Positions 1-11,007 of a stretch of DNA of 64,000 nucleotides are shown piece by piece (position 1 is the stretch's first letter; every line of letters begins with the position of its first letter). The translations under genes were made by a program, and so were the position numbers. Source of the stretch: Oscillospiraceae bacterium (lineage in GTDB: Bacteria > Bacillota > Clostridia > Oscillospirales > UBA929); contig WRAI01000004.1 of the NCBI GenBank assembly GCA_009780275.1, positions 21,212 to 85,211 on the forward strand. Direction: 5' to 3'. The notes under the pieces are model-generated. The model searched no databases, was not told where the DNA came from, and saw nothing but the letters and a program-made list of their open reading frames with translations.

Positions 1-2
1 TC

Positions 3-749
3 GGCGGGCACCTATTCCCGCACGCCGAACAATACGGTGGCGTAAGTGATGGGTTGGCTGTCGTCGAAAATGCTGTGATATGGCGCATCGGCGACGCTAC
101 ACCGCCCGGCCGTTTGCCGGTCAGCTATGTGTCAGAGTATGCCATGGACAAAAATGTTGTGCCATATGCGAAATACGACAATCGCATTGAGCGTATTGAA
201 CATGCTGCTGAGTGGACAACCAACCTCAATCCGCAGAACTACCCCGGCGCGGTGGGCAGCGACATCATCGGCTTTACTTGTGTTGATGAGCAAGGTGTCA
301 CACGCCGCATCGACCGCTTCCATGCTGATGGTGCGGGGCATGGCGCTAACATATGCAACTGGATGGTTGCCATGCGCGACAGCTACACCATCGAAAACGC
401 AAGCAACAGCCCGCGCGAAGTCAAGATTTATCAGCAGAGCTCAGGCCGCGGTATCGGGTGTGTGTTGGTGCGTGATGCTAATGACAATATTATCAAGACC
501 TATCTGTTAACCCACCCGTTCATGCTGGATAGTATTGAGCAAGCAAGGTCTGAGTACCGCGACCGCTACGTCGACAACAAGGATGTATGGATTCCTGTCG
601 TCAACGGCGTGAAGTATTCTCATGCCGGCGAAACGGCGTTGGCGCATACCTTTGCTGTGCCGCCTCTGGCGGCGCAAACAGTAACAATAGAATACGTCAT
701 GCTGGCAAACAGCTGGGGCGCAGTGACGCACTATGTAGAAGTATCATAA
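3..749 (+). CDS. hypothetical protein, C-terminal fragment (ORF open at left window edge)
   Basis: Frame of ORF 54..749 has no stop back to nt 3 (..GGHLFPHAEQYGGVSDGLAVVEN..), so the TTG at 54 is probably internal. Ends TAA 747-749 and is followed by a strong terminator. No family recognised by eye. Confidence 0.5.
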   Translation, partial: GGHLFPHAEQYGGVSDGLAVVENAVIWRIGDATPPGRLPVSYVSEYAMDKNVVPYAKYDNRIERIEHAAEWTTNLNPQNYPGAVGSDIIGFTCVDEQGVTRRIDRFHADGAGHGANICNWMVAMRDSYTIENASNSPREVKIYQQSSGRGIGCVLVRDANDNIIKTYLLTHPFMLDSIEQARSEYRDRYVDNKDVWIPVVNGVKYSHAGETALAHTFAVPPLAAQTVTIEYVMLANSWGAVTHYVEVS

Positions 750-769
750 GGAAAACAGTGTTCGTCCGC

Positions 770-808
770 AAAACACAAAAAGCAGGCGTAGCCTGCTTTT
801 TGTGTTTT
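770..808. terminator. rho-independent terminator, perfect 18-bp stem flanked by A/T runs
   Basis: AAAACACAAAAAGCAGGC-gta-GCCTGCTTTTTGTGTTTT. Confidence 0.85.
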
Positions 809-845
809 CACACATTACATCCTGCAAGGCCATATGTTCTTCTCC

Positions 846-874
846 TTGACAAACATCCAAATTTCACATACAAT
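846..874 (+). promoter_or_regulatory. sigma-A type promoter for gdhA
   Basis: TTGACA (846-851), 17-nt spacer, TACAAT (869-874); upstream of RBS AAAGGAGA and the ATG at 907. Confidence 0.6.
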
Positions 875-885
875 AAAACCCATAA

Positions 886-2253
<1,368 letters not shown>

Positions 2254-3720
2254 TTGATAATGCAGAATGTAAAATGCAGGATGGCAGCGATTGTTTTTGC
2301 TGCTCTGCTGTTGCTCGGGGCTTGCACTCCATCAAACAGCAATAATAACCGTAGAGACCATGAATTTGTTGATGGCGCGGCGTTTCGCGTGTTGTTGCAG
2401 GAGGCGGGGCTGCCGGTGGAGCATTTAGATGTCGAAGACATACAAATCGTTCGTGCTGATGTACTGTTTGGCTATGCCAATGATTTATTCGACATTCACG
2501 CCATTACCGATGCCTGGGGCGGCAGGCATGTGGGATACACATTTGGTTGGTTTGCGGAAAATAATGATAACCTTAACAACGATGCATCTATTACTCGTGC
2601 GCAGGCGACCCATTTTGTCAACGGTGTGCGTGAGGTTAAAGATAGGCGTGCCAGCAGCTTGACGGCGTTTTACGCCATTGCGTCATTTGACCAAATTCAT
2701 ATGATTGACGCGCTTGACGTCGTCAGCATGGGTTGGAGCCGTTTTGATATTATTGACGGTGAGGCGGTGTTTAACCTCAGTGTACAAAATGACAATGAAT
2801 ACAGCATTCCGTTAGGTTACGCCTTGCCAATGGAGCGCGCACGAGCAAACAATGTGCCTGTTTATCTGATGGTGGCAGGCAATATGGCGCATCACGGCGG
2901 CATGACGACAGCGGCGTACATTGTGCGTGACCCTACCATGCGAGAGTCGGCGCTGAACGACTTAGTCGATGCGGCGGAAAATGGCGTTATTTCACCTGTC
3001 AGCGGACAACGGATTTTCTTTGACGGCATTACGATGGACTTTGAGGAAATGCGTGGTGCCGAGACACGTGAAGCGTACTCGCAGTTTATTATTGATTTGC
3101 GTACGCGACTGCCCGAGGGATTTGGGCTATTGATTTGTGTGCATCCGGCCGTGGGGCGGGGAATGCCATTCTTTGATGCCTTTGATTTTCGTGTGTTGGG
3201 CGAGCATAGCGACGGCTTGATTGTTATGGCACATGACTATTACGCTAAATCGCTGTCGGAAGAAGAGCTTCTCTTGGGCGAAGTGGCTACGCGTACGCCG
3301 CCCTCGCCGATTGCCGATGTTTATTACGCCATCTATGCCGCGACGCACTCCGAGACGGGGACTGACCCGGCCAATGTATGGCTGGCGATGTCATTTACCG
3401 GCGTGCAGTGGCAAATGCGGGACGGCGTGGTGCAGAATCGCATTCCGTTGCGTCCGACCAACGACGCCATTGAACGGCGACTGCCGCATGCCACAGTGAC
3501 TCATGGTGCGTCGGGAAACCCTCGCGCAGTGTGGACTTATAATGACTTAGAAAACGTGATGTTTTTTGAAGATGCCGTGTCGACCATGCAACGGCAGCGG
3601 CTGGCCGATATGTTCGGGTTGGCGGGGCTTTCGTTGTGGCGGTTGGGCAATGTGCCGGACGGGAGTGCCGATGTGGATATGGACGCTTGGGATAGGTTGT
3701 TGGCACATAGGGATAGATAG
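2254..3720 (+). CDS. GH18-like glycosyl hydrolase lipoprotein (YaaH/chitinase-like fold)
   Basis: Lipoprotein signal AAIVFAALLLLGAC. GH18-type motif FDGITMDFEEM (DxxDxDxE variant). Track start is the TTG at 2254; the ATG at 2281 (MAAIVF..) is the more likely start. Confidence 0.7.
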   Translation: MIMQNVKCRMAAIVFAALLLLGACTPSNSNNNRRDHEFVDGAAFRVLLQEAGLPVEHLDVEDIQIVRADVLFGYANDLFDIHAITDAWGGRHVGYTFGWFAENNDNLNNDASITRAQATHFVNGVREVKDRRASSLTAFYAIASFDQIHMIDALDVVSMGWSRFDIIDGEAVFNLSVQNDNEYSIPLGYALPMERARANNVPVYLMVAGNMAHHGGMTTAAYIVRDPTMRESALNDLVDAAENGVISPVSGQRIFFDGITMDFEEMRGAETREAYSQFIIDLRTRLPEGFGLLICVHPAVGRGMPFFDAFDFRVLGEHSDGLIVMAHDYYAKSLSEEELLLGEVATRTPPSPIADVYYAIYAATHSETGTDPANVWLAMSFTGVQWQMRDGVVQNRIPLRPTNDAIERRLPHATVTHGASGNPRAVWTYNDLENVMFFEDAVSTMQRQRLADMFGLAGLSLWRLGNVPDGSADVDMDAWDRLLAHRDR

Positions 3721-3721
3721 T

Positions 3722-3753
3722 AAAAAAAACGGGGTATATGCCCCGTTTTTTTT
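3722..3753. terminator. bidirectional rho-independent terminator
   Basis: AAAAAAAACGGGG-tatatg-CCCCGTTTTTTTT between convergent genes. Confidence 0.85.
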
Positions 3754-3763
3754 ATGTGTGAAA

Positions 3764-3907
3764 TTAGCGGCGGAGCTCGTTGGGCGGGTCGTGTTCGCGT
3801 ATGCGTTGGAGTTCGTTGGTTTTGTCGTTAGGAGCAGTAATGGTGAGTGTTGAGCCGCTGATCGTAAAGTAAACAAATGATCCGGGTGCCTGGTCAAATC
3901 CTGACAT
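3764..3907 (-). CDS. small ORF (47 aa), possibly the 3' half of a frameshifted small secreted protein
   Basis: ATG 3907-3905, TAA 3766-3764: MSGFDQAPGSFVYFTISGSTLTITAPNDKTNELQRIREHDPPNELRR. Below the ORF-track cutoff. Starts 2 nt after the stop of ORF 3909..4133 in a different frame. Confidence 0.3.
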   Translation of the reverse strand: MSGFDQAPGSFVYFTISGSTLTITAPNDKTNELQRIREHDPPNELRR

Positions 3908-3908
3908 A

Positions 3909-4133
3909 TCAGATGGTTGTCGTGGCTGGACCAGTTAAAAGATAGGTGTTCGGTTTATTCATGACCTGGCCTGTCGTATTCCAAGTCCAAAACTCAATTG
4001 GAGTCGATGCTGTTTGCTCGGAATTCGATGATATCGGTGTTGCTGCCGCCGTTGAGTCGACCAGCGCAAATGTGCTGAGCAGCAAGAGTATGATAAATGG
4101 TGTGGTTGTTTTTTGGGGGGGTGATAGAGCCAT
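3909..4133 (-). CDS. small secreted protein (74 aa) or 5' half of a disrupted gene
   Basis: N-terminal hydrophobic signal-like segment TTPFIILLLLSTFALVDSTAAA; no family recognised. Confidence 0.4.
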   Translation of the reverse strand: MALSPPQKTTTPFIILLLLSTFALVDSTAAATPISSNSEQTASTPIEFWTWNTTGQVMNKPNTYLLTGPATTTI

Positions 4134-4223
4134 TATATCATGTTGCGGGTGGTGTTAAGGGGGGACTTTAAGTGCGATGCAGAGCACATCGAGTAGATAA
4201 TAAAAAGATTATCATTTTAGGGG

Positions 4224-4252
4224 TTGACAAAAGGGCAAGGGGGGTGTAATGT
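4224..4252 (+). promoter_or_regulatory. putative sigma-A promoter for the dfx-ferritin pair
   Basis: TTGACA (4224-4229), 17 nt, TAATGT (4247-4252) with TG at 4245-4246. Confidence 0.45.
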
Positions 4253-4307
4253 AATACTGTAAGGTGATTGACGAGTATCACGGCGACGAAAGAAAGGGGC
4301 GAATAGT

Positions 4308-4691
4308 ATGCGCAAAAATCAGACATTCTTCATCTGCGAGACCTGTCAAAATTTGATTGGGCTGATTGAAGACCACGGCATTCCTTTGGTATGCTGCGGT
4401 GCGGACATGACGGAGCTTGTGCCCAATACAGTGGAAGCCAGCCAAGAAAAACATTTGCCGGCTTTGACGATGGATGGTGATACGCTTGCCGTTGATGTTG
4501 GCAGTGTGCCGCACCCGATGGAAGCGGCGCACCATATCTCGTTTATTTATGTTGAGACAGAAAAGGGTGGCCAGCGCAAAGGCCTTGAAATCGGCAGCGT
4601 TCCGACGGCAAAGTTTGCTTTTGTTGGCGACAAGCCGCTGGCTGTCTACGCCTATTGCAACCTCCATGGCATGTGGAAAACAGAAGTATAA
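4308..4691 (+). CDS. dfx: desulfoferrodoxin (superoxide reductase)
   Basis: 127 aa. N-terminal desulforedoxin Cys set (CETCQN..VCCG) and C-terminal SOR centre (HPM..H..CNLHGMW). Confidence 0.92.
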   Translation: MRKNQTFFICETCQNLIGLIEDHGIPLVCCGADMTELVPNTVEASQEKHLPALTMDGDTLAVDVGSVPHPMEAAHHISFIYVETEKGGQRKGLEIGSVPTAKFAFVGDKPLAVYAYCNLHGMWKTEV

Positions 4692-4721
4692 CCATTGTCA
4701 TTGAAAGGGAAGAGACTACAT

Positions 4722-5234
4722 ATGATAAGTGAAAAATTACGCAAAGCGCTGAGTGAACAGGTCAATGCTGAGTATTATTCGGCTTACCTGTATCTTGCGA
4801 TGTCGGCGGCAGCTGACCAAATGGGCCTAAAAGGTGCGTCGAATTGGCTGTTTGCTCAGGCACAGGAAGAAATGGCGCATGGCACGCATATTTACCAATA
4901 TATCTTGGAGCGCGGCGAAGCACCAAATTTCGCGGCTATTGATTTGCCGCAGACGGCATTTGTTGATATCCGTGAGATTTTTGATCGTACATTGGAGCAT
5001 GAACAGAAAGTGACGAGGCTGATTAATGCCATTGCGACGCTTGCCATGCAGGAATCCGACCACGCTTGTTATCAGTTTATGATGTGGTTTGTCAATGAAC
5101 AGGTCGAAGAAGAGGCCAGTGCGTCGGAGATTATCGACAAGCTGAAGTTGATTGGCGACAATGAAGCGATGTTGTTGACGCTGGACAATGAGTTGGGGAC
5201 GCGGGTATTTGTCGACCCGTTTCCGGCGGAATAA
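4722..5234 (+). CDS. ftn: ferritin (non-heme)
   Basis: Ferritin ferroxidase ligands in NAEYYSAYLYLAM..AQEEMAHGTHIY..EHEQKV. ATG 4722 preceded by GAAAGGGAAGAG; the track ORF starts upstream at 4695. Confidence 0.9.
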   Translation: MISEKLRKALSEQVNAEYYSAYLYLAMSAAADQMGLKGASNWLFAQAQEEMAHGTHIYQYILERGEAPNFAAIDLPQTAFVDIREIFDRTLEHEQKVTRLINAIATLAMQESDHACYQFMMWFVNEQVEEEASASEIIDKLKLIGDNEAMLLTLDNELGTRVFVDPFPAE

Positions 5235-5246
5235 GACAGTTTTGGT

Positions 5247-5286
5247 AAGAGACTCTTCCAGGTTTGGCCGGGAGAGTCTCTTTTGT
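5247..5286 (+). terminator. rho-independent terminator after ferritin
   Basis: AAGAGACTCT (5247-5256) pairs with AGAGTCTCTT (5273-5282), followed by a T-run. Confidence 0.7.
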
Positions 5287-5315
5287 GTGGCACGGAAAAA
5301 TTTCGATGGCAAGAA

Positions 5316-5344
5316 TGGACAAATAGACGGTGATGGTGTATAAT
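5316..5344 (+). promoter_or_regulatory. putative sigma-A promoter
   Basis: TGGACA, 17 nt, TATAAT (5339-5344), upstream of the DUF1385 gene. Confidence 0.5.
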
Positions 5345-5403
5345 TAAAATAAGTGCGGTATGCGCGGGGGTGCGTCCCTTACGAATGTTAGGAGAATCTA
5401 AAC

Positions 5404-6408
5404 ATGACAGAAAAATTTCGCACATCCATCGGCGGGCAGGCCGTGTTGGAAGGCATTATGATGCGCGGGCCGGAAAAGGCGGCTGTTGTTGTGCGCGACT
5501 CGAAAGGTGAGTTGCATAGCAAAGAGTGGGATCTACAAAAATCGCGATCCAAAAAACATATCATGGCGTGGCCGTTTTTGCGTGGGTTGTTTGGATTTGG
5601 TTCGTCGATGAAGTTGGGCATGAAGGCATTGAACTTCTCGGCTGATATTTTTGCGGCCGAGGAGGAGGCCGAAAAGGCCGGTGGTGTAGAGGAGCACGGC
5701 ACGTCGGGGGAAAATCATCCGCCGCCTGCGGACGGTATCCTCTTTGCAAAAGAAGGCAAAGACGAGGCAAGCATGCCGAAGAAGGAAAATAAAGCCCTGC
5801 AAGGGCTGTTGACGGCGGTGGCGATGGTACTAGGCATTGTGTTGGCGGTGGGGTTGTTTACCATTTTGCCGACGTTTTTGGTGGGGTTGCTGCCGATCGG
5901 CAACGCATTGCTGCGAGGATTTATTGAGGGCGTTGTTCGCTTACTGGTATTCTTGGTGTATTTGTTGTCGGTGTCGCTCATGAAAGACATTCGCCGTACC
6001 TTTGCCTATCATGGTGCTGAGCATATGACCATTGCGACATATGAGGCGGGCGAGACGTTGACCGTTGAGAATGTTCGTAAATTGTCGCGGCTACATCCGC
6101 GGTGCGGTACGAGTTTCCTATTGAATGTGATTGTTATCAGCATGTTGCTGTTCTTTTGGGTGCAATCAGGGGATATGCTGATTCGTATCGGCCTGCGACT
6201 GGCATTGCTGCCGTTTGTGGTGATGCTGGCATTTGAGTTTAACCGTTGGGCGGGACGTAATGACAATTGGTTAAGCCGTGTGCTGCGCGCGCCGGGGCTG
6301 TGGTTTCAAAAGATAACAACGAAAGAGCCAGACGATGGCATGATCGAAGTGGCGATTGCGGCGATGCAAAAGGTGGTGCCGCAAGAGAAGGGGATAGATG
6401 CTTGGTAA
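5404..6408 (+). CDS. DUF1385 (YqhQ-like) membrane protein
   Basis: Conserved ..GIMMRGP.. N-terminus and ..YHGAEHMTI..RLHPRCGTSFLL.. core typical of DUF1385. The family is commonly found next to prmC in Firmicutes. Confidence 0.8.
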   Translation: MTEKFRTSIGGQAVLEGIMMRGPEKAAVVVRDSKGELHSKEWDLQKSRSKKHIMAWPFLRGLFGFGSSMKLGMKALNFSADIFAAEEEAEKAGGVEEHGTSGENHPPPADGILFAKEGKDEASMPKKENKALQGLLTAVAMVLGIVLAVGLFTILPTFLVGLLPIGNALLRGFIEGVVRLLVFLVYLLSVSLMKDIRRTFAYHGAEHMTIATYEAGETLTVENVRKLSRLHPRCGTSFLLNVIVISMLLFFWVQSGDMLIRIGLRLALLPFVVMLAFEFNRWAGRNDNWLSRVLRAPGLWFQKITTKEPDDGMIEVAIAAMQKVVPQEKGIDAW

Positions 6409-6478
6409 GAAAATAGAGCTACCAAATAGGCGACACCGTAAGATATGATAGGAACATGACGCTACAACCGGTGAGTGG

Positions 6479-6507
6479 TTGCTAAGTGTTGAGGAATATG
6501 GTACAAT
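6479..6507 (+). promoter_or_regulatory. putative extended -10 promoter for prmC
   Basis: TTGCTA (6479-6484), 17 nt, TGgTACAAT (6499-6507). Confidence 0.55.
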
Positions 6508-6540
6508 AGTTGCATATTTTGGCTTGAGGAATATTAAGTT

Positions 6541-7371
6541 ATGACGATATCGACGTTAAAAATTGAGTTGATCGAGCGGTTGAGCGAAATGGCGGCCAAT
6601 CCGGCGTTGGAAGCTGCTGAATTGCTGGGACTGGCGGTTGGTATGACCAAAGAGGAACTTGTTGTCGAGGCGCGTGAGCAGGTTTGGCCGGAAAAGGTGC
6701 GCCGTGCGCGGGAACTGTGTAAGCGGCGGTTGTTAGGCGAGCCGTTGGCATATATTTTGGGCCAGTGGGAGTTTTGTGGGCTGACGTTTGAGGTGACGCC
6801 TGATACGTTGGTGCCACGGATTGACACAGAGGTGCTGACGAATCAAGCCATTGAGGCAGTTGAGACGAGCGGAAAAGATATGCCCAAAGTGTTGGATTTA
6901 TGCTGCGGTAGCGGCTGCGTGGGGCTGACAGTTGCCATGAAATGTTCGGTTGTCAATTTGACATTGAGCGATATTTCGGCGGCGGCGCTGGGGGTTGCTC
7001 TGCGGAACGCGCAGAAATTGGGCGTTAATGTGTCGCTTTTGCCGCACGATATGTTGCAATCGCGTCCTCCGGGGTTGTATGATGTGGTGGTATGCAATCC
7101 GCCGTACATACCACGCGAGGACCTGCTGGAGCTCGACAGAACAGTGCGCGACTATGAGCCGCACTTGGCGCTTGACGGCGGGCGTGACGGGCTGGACTTT
7201 TATCGCACGCTGGCATCGTATGCTGCTAAGTTGCTGACACCGTACGGGATGCTGTTGCTAGAATGCGGGTTGGGGCAGCATGAGGAAATTATCGCGCTGT
7301 TCCCGGGCTGGCAGGCAGTGGCACATAAAGACACGCAGGGGATTGAGCGAGTGATTGCGTTGCGGATATGA
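6541..7371 (+). CDS. prmC: release factor glutamine N5-methyltransferase
   Basis: 276 aa. SAM motif LDLCCGSGC and catalytic NPPY (VVCNPPYIP). Confidence 0.92.
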   Translation: MTISTLKIELIERLSEMAANPALEAAELLGLAVGMTKEELVVEAREQVWPEKVRRARELCKRRLLGEPLAYILGQWEFCGLTFEVTPDTLVPRIDTEVLTNQAIEAVETSGKDMPKVLDLCCGSGCVGLTVAMKCSVVNLTLSDISAAALGVALRNAQKLGVNVSLLPHDMLQSRPPGLYDVVVCNPPYIPREDLLELDRTVRDYEPHLALDGGRDGLDFYRTLASYAAKLLTPYGMLLLECGLGQHEEIIALFPGWQAVAHKDTQGIERVIALRI

Positions 7372-7491
7372 TTATTAGGGATGCATATCAGATGTTCTGC
7401 ATCGAGAATGTATGTAGGCGGGACGCTGTGAGCAATGTCCCTACATAAATGTGAAAGAGAAAAATACAATAGAAAAGGACGGTATAACACT

Positions 7492-8625
7492 ATGTCAGCA
7501 GACAAGAAAAAGGCATTGGATACGGCGCTCGCGCAAATCAAAAAGGATTACGGCGAGGGGGCTGTTATGCGATTGGGGTCGGAGGCGCGGCTAAATGTCA
7601 AAGCCATTTCGACGGGGTCGCTTTCGCTCGACTTGGCATTGGGTGTAGGCGGATTGCCACGCGGCCGGATTGTTGAGATTTACGGACCGGAGTCTTCGGG
7701 CAAGACGACATTGACGCTGCACGTCATCGCGCAGGCGCAGAAAATGGGCGGTGAGGCGGCGTTTATTGATGCTGAGCACGCGCTTGACCCGCAGTATGCC
7801 GCAGCGTTGGGTGTTGATATTGAGAACTTGCTGGTTGCGCAGCCCGACAATGGCGAGCAGGCATTGGAAATTACCGACTCGCTGGTGCGGTCGGGAGCAT
7901 TGGATGTCGTTGTTGTGGACAGTGTTGCCGCGCTTGTGCCGCGTGCTGAGATTGAGGGCGATATGGGTGACAGTTTTGTTGGTCTACACGCACGCTTGAT
8001 GTCGCAAGCATTGCGGAAACTGGCGGGCAGCATTGCACGGACGAATACAGTTGTCATTTTTATCAACCAATTGCGTGAGAAAATCGGCGTTGTCTATGGG
8101 TCACCTGAGGTTACAACGGGCGGGCGGGCGTTGAAGTTTTACTCCAGCGTGCGGATTGACGTGCGCAAAAAAGAAGCGATTAAAGTATCGGATATCACGA
8201 TCGGCAACCGTACGAGCGCTAAGGTTGTTAAGAATAAAATCGCGCCGCCGTTCAAAGAGGGCGATTTTGACATTATTTTTGGACAGGGCATCTCGCGTGC
8301 CGGCGAATTGGTTGATTTGGGACAAATGCTGGACTTAGTGCAGAAGTCGGGATCATGGTACTCGATGGGCGATACGCGATTGGGGCAAGGTCGTGAGAGC
8401 GCGACACGGTATATGCTTGACAACCCCGAAATTGCCGCCGATTTGGAGGCCAAAATTCGTGAGCAGGCGAGTCAGTTGAATTTGTCGATTGTCAAGGGCA
8501 AGAAGAAATTTGCACCGGTGAAGGATACCAAGCCACAGGTTGCTGCAGCCACACCTCCTGCGGCAGCGAGTGGAACGGCTGCTGCGAGCAAGCCGATCGC
8601 TGTTGTAGCGGATGACGATGAGTAA
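7492..8625 (+). CDS. recA: recombinase RecA
   Basis: Walker [11 protein letters not shown]1/L2 loop regions, canonical N-terminus [21 protein letters not shown]. Long Ala/Pro-rich tail ending in DDDE. The track ORF starts upstream at 7435. Confidence 0.97.
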   Translation: MSADKKKALDTALAQIKKDYGEGAVMRLGSEARLNVKAISTGSLSLDLALGVGGLPRGRIVEIYGPESSGKTTLTLHVIAQAQKMGGEAAFIDAEHALDPQYAAALGVDIENLLVAQPDNGEQALEITDSLVRSGALDVVVVDSVAALVPRAEIEGDMGDSFVGLHARLMSQALRKLAGSIARTNTVVIFINQLREKIGVVYGSPEVTTGGRALKFYSSVRIDVRKKEAIKVSDITIGNRTSAKVVKNKIAPPFKEGDFDIIFGQGISRAGELVDLGQMLDLVQKSGSWYSMGDTRLGQGRESATRYMLDNPEIAADLEAKIREQASQLNLSIVKGKKKFAPVKDTKPQVAAATPPAAASGTAAASKPIAVVADDDE

Positions 8626-8639
8626 TATGTTTATCGTTT

Positions 8640-9080
8640 ATGACAGATAGTTTGCAAAAGTGCAAAGAAGTTGCTGCCGCCATGCTTGGTCGCCGTGCTT
8701 TGTCCGAGCATGAGCTGGGCAGCAAGCTGGAAGAAAAAGGCTATGAAGAGGCAGACATTCATGCAACCTTGTCGTATTTGCGTGATTATGGGTATGTTGA
8801 CGACGCTAAGTATGCTTTGTCTTTTGCACAGACGCGGCATGGGCGCGGCCAGGGGTCGTATCGCATTCGGCAGGAATTGCGGCAACGCGGCGTGGATGAG
8901 GAGATTATTGAGGATGTGTTAACACAGCTGCCTGAGCCGGACGACGCCATACAGAAAATTTTGCGAAGCAAGCTCGGTAAAGTTAACGACGAGGACACGC
9001 GGCGTAAGGCGGCGGCGGCGCTGTCACGCAGAGGGTTTAGCTGGGATGAGATAAATGCGGGAATATCGCACTGGGAGTAG
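8640..9080 (+). CDS. recX: recombination regulator RecX
   Basis: 146 aa helical-repeat protein immediately after recA; RecX-like ..RALSEHELGSKLEEKGY...YLRDYGYVDD.. Confidence 0.8.
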   Translation: MTDSLQKCKEVAAAMLGRRALSEHELGSKLEEKGYEEADIHATLSYLRDYGYVDDAKYALSFAQTRHGRGQGSYRIRQELRQRGVDEEIIEDVLTQLPEPDDAIQKILRSKLGKVNDEDTRRKAAAALSRRGFSWDEINAGISHWE

Positions 9081-9085
9081 AAACA

Positions 9086-9619
9086 ATGATGATTCACACA
9101 GCAAGGCTAACCCTGCGCCCGCTCGATATAAACTATTTAGACACCGCACATCGCTATGCGGGAGATGCGGCGAACACGGAATATATGGTGCATTTGCCCA
9201 ACGAAACAAAGCAGGAAACCGAAGCGTTTTTGCGGCGAGTGACGGCGGAGTGGGAGAAAGGCAGTCCTGCGTTTTATGAGCTTGCCGTCGTACTTGACGA
9301 GCAGCATATCGGTGCTGTTTCAGTCTACCTTGACGAGAGTGATAGGCAAGTGGGTGAGCTTGGCTAGATCATTCACAAGGACTACCAAGGCAACGGCTAT
9401 GCCACCGAGGCGGTTGAGGCGCTGAAAGCGTTTGCTTTTGATATGCTGGGTATGGAGAAACTGATCGCGAGTTGTGATCATCGAAACCATAGTTCGGTTA
9501 GAGTGATGGAAAAAATAGGCATGATCTTGGAAGATGGAAATCGTGTGCGGCGGTACAGAGGCAGTGATGAGGATGTGCGGGGTCTACGGTATACTTTGAA
9601 GAAAGAGGAATATACATGA
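9086..9619 (+). pseudogene. RimJ/RimL-type GNAT N-acetyltransferase interrupted by an in-frame TAG at 9365-9367
   Basis: The reading frame from ATG 9086 continues in the same frame after TAG 9365-9367 to TGA 9617-9619. The downstream part encodes the acetyl-CoA motif IIHKDYQGNGYATEAVEALKAFAF. The stop replaces the aromatic residue expected after ..GELG. Confidence 0.75.
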
Positions 9620-10935
9620 AACTACTATTCGTAGCCTTGGGCTGCGCAAAAAATACCGTTGACGGTGAGCGGATGCTCTATTTGTTGACGCAGGCGGGGT
9701 ATACACCCACAACTCATGCGCACGAGGCCGAAGTGGCAGTTGTAAATACTTGTGCGTTTTTGGAGTCGGCGCGGCAGGAGGCCATTGCTGAAATCCTCGA
9801 GTTGGCGCAGCAGAAGCAGTCGGGCAAATTGCATACGCTTGTGGTGGCAGGCTGTATGCCGCAGCTGGTCAAGGATGAGATTTTAGTGGAAATGCCGGAA
9901 GTGGACGGTATTGTTGGTTGCGGGCGTGTAGAAGAGGCCGTTGAAATTATTAACAATGCTGTGGCCAAGCAGCGGCCTGTGGCTGTTGATGGGTTGGACA
10001 GCCCTGTTGTAGTTGGTGAACGATTGCTGTCGAGCTCGCCCGCGTCGGCGTATTTGAAAATCAGTGAGGGGTGCGACAACCATTGTGCTTACTGCCTCAT
10101 TCCGAAAATTCGAGGACCGTTTCGCAGCGCACCGATGGAAGATTTGGTGACAAGTGCTGAAAAGCTTGTTCAAAATGGCGTGCGTGAGTTGATAATTGTG
10201 TCACAAGACACAACGCGCTACGGGGAAGATTTGTACGGCAAGCCGAAATTGGCTGAGTTGTTGGAAAAATTGTGTGAGATTGAGGGCTTGCATTGGATTC
10301 GCTTGCATTACCTTTATCCGTCGTTGCTCGATGATAGGTTGATTGACGTGATTACCAAACAGCCGAAAGTTGTCAAGTATTTGGACATCCCCATACAGCA
10401 TGTTGATGATGGCGTGTTGAACGTCATGAATCGCCCTGACAGCTATGAACAGCTTGATGCGTTGTTTGCCAAGTTGCGTGGGAAAATTGACAATGTGGTG
10501 CTGCGGACGACTGTCATGGTGGGCTTTCCGAGCGAGGATGATGCGGCGTTTGAACGGTTATATCGTTTTCTGCGCAAGCATAAGATAGAACGTGCCGGTG
10601 TGTTTGTGTACAGCCCTGAGGAGGGTACGCCGGCCGCCGCGATGTCGGGCCAAGTGGATGAAACGGTTGCGGCGGAGCGGCAGGCGCAATTGCAGCAACT
10701 GCAATTGGATTTGATGGATGAGTTTAACACGCAGAAAATTGGTACGACAATTGAAGTGCTGTGTGAGGGATATGACGCCTATGCCGAGTGCTGGTTTGGA
10801 CGTTCGTATGCCGATTCGCCGGAAGTGGACGGCAAGGTGTTTTTTATAGCTGATGGTGACGTCAATGCAGGTGATTTTGTCAGTGTGGCGATTGAGGATG
10901 TTGTTGACGGGGATTTGTACGGCGAGGCGGTGTAG
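9616..10935 (+). CDS. rimO: ribosomal protein S12 methylthiotransferase
   Basis: 439 aa. UPF0004 N-domain, radical-SAM CDNHCAYC, C-terminal TRAM. ATGA overlap with the preceding GNAT frame. Confidence 0.93.
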   Translation: MKLLFVALGCAKNTVDGERMLYLLTQAGYTPTTHAHEAEVAVVNTCAFLESARQEAIAEILELAQQKQSGKLHTLVVAGCMPQLVKDEILVEMPEVDGIVGCGRVEEAVEIINNAVAKQRPVAVDGLDSPVVVGERLLSSSPASAYLKISEGCDNHCAYCLIPKIRGPFRSAPMEDLVTSAEKLVQNGVRELIIVSQDTTRYGEDLYGKPKLAELLEKLCEIEGLHWIRLHYLYPSLLDDRLIDVITKQPKVVKYLDIPIQHVDDGVLNVMNRPDSYEQLDALFAKLRGKIDNVVLRTTVMVGFPSEDDAAFERLYRFLRKHKIERAGVFVYSPEEGTPAAAMSGQVDETVAAERQAQLQQLQLDLMDEFNTQKIGTTIEVLCEGYDAYAECWFGRSYADSPEVDGKVFFIADGDVNAGDFVSVAIEDVVDGDLYGEAV

Positions 10936-11007
10936 CGTGTTAATTAGGCGTTTAACGCGTATGCTGCATCGAGGAAAATGTATGTTCTTCTTGCCTTTAG
11001 AGGTGTC

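Noticed and set aside
7372-7491. Search for a LexA/Cheo box (GAAC-N4-GTTC) upstream of recA
   Set aside because: Only isolated GTTC/GAGAA fragments are present (around 7392-7410), with no convincing palindrome. An imperfect hairpin (7411-7445) exists but I cannot assign it a function.
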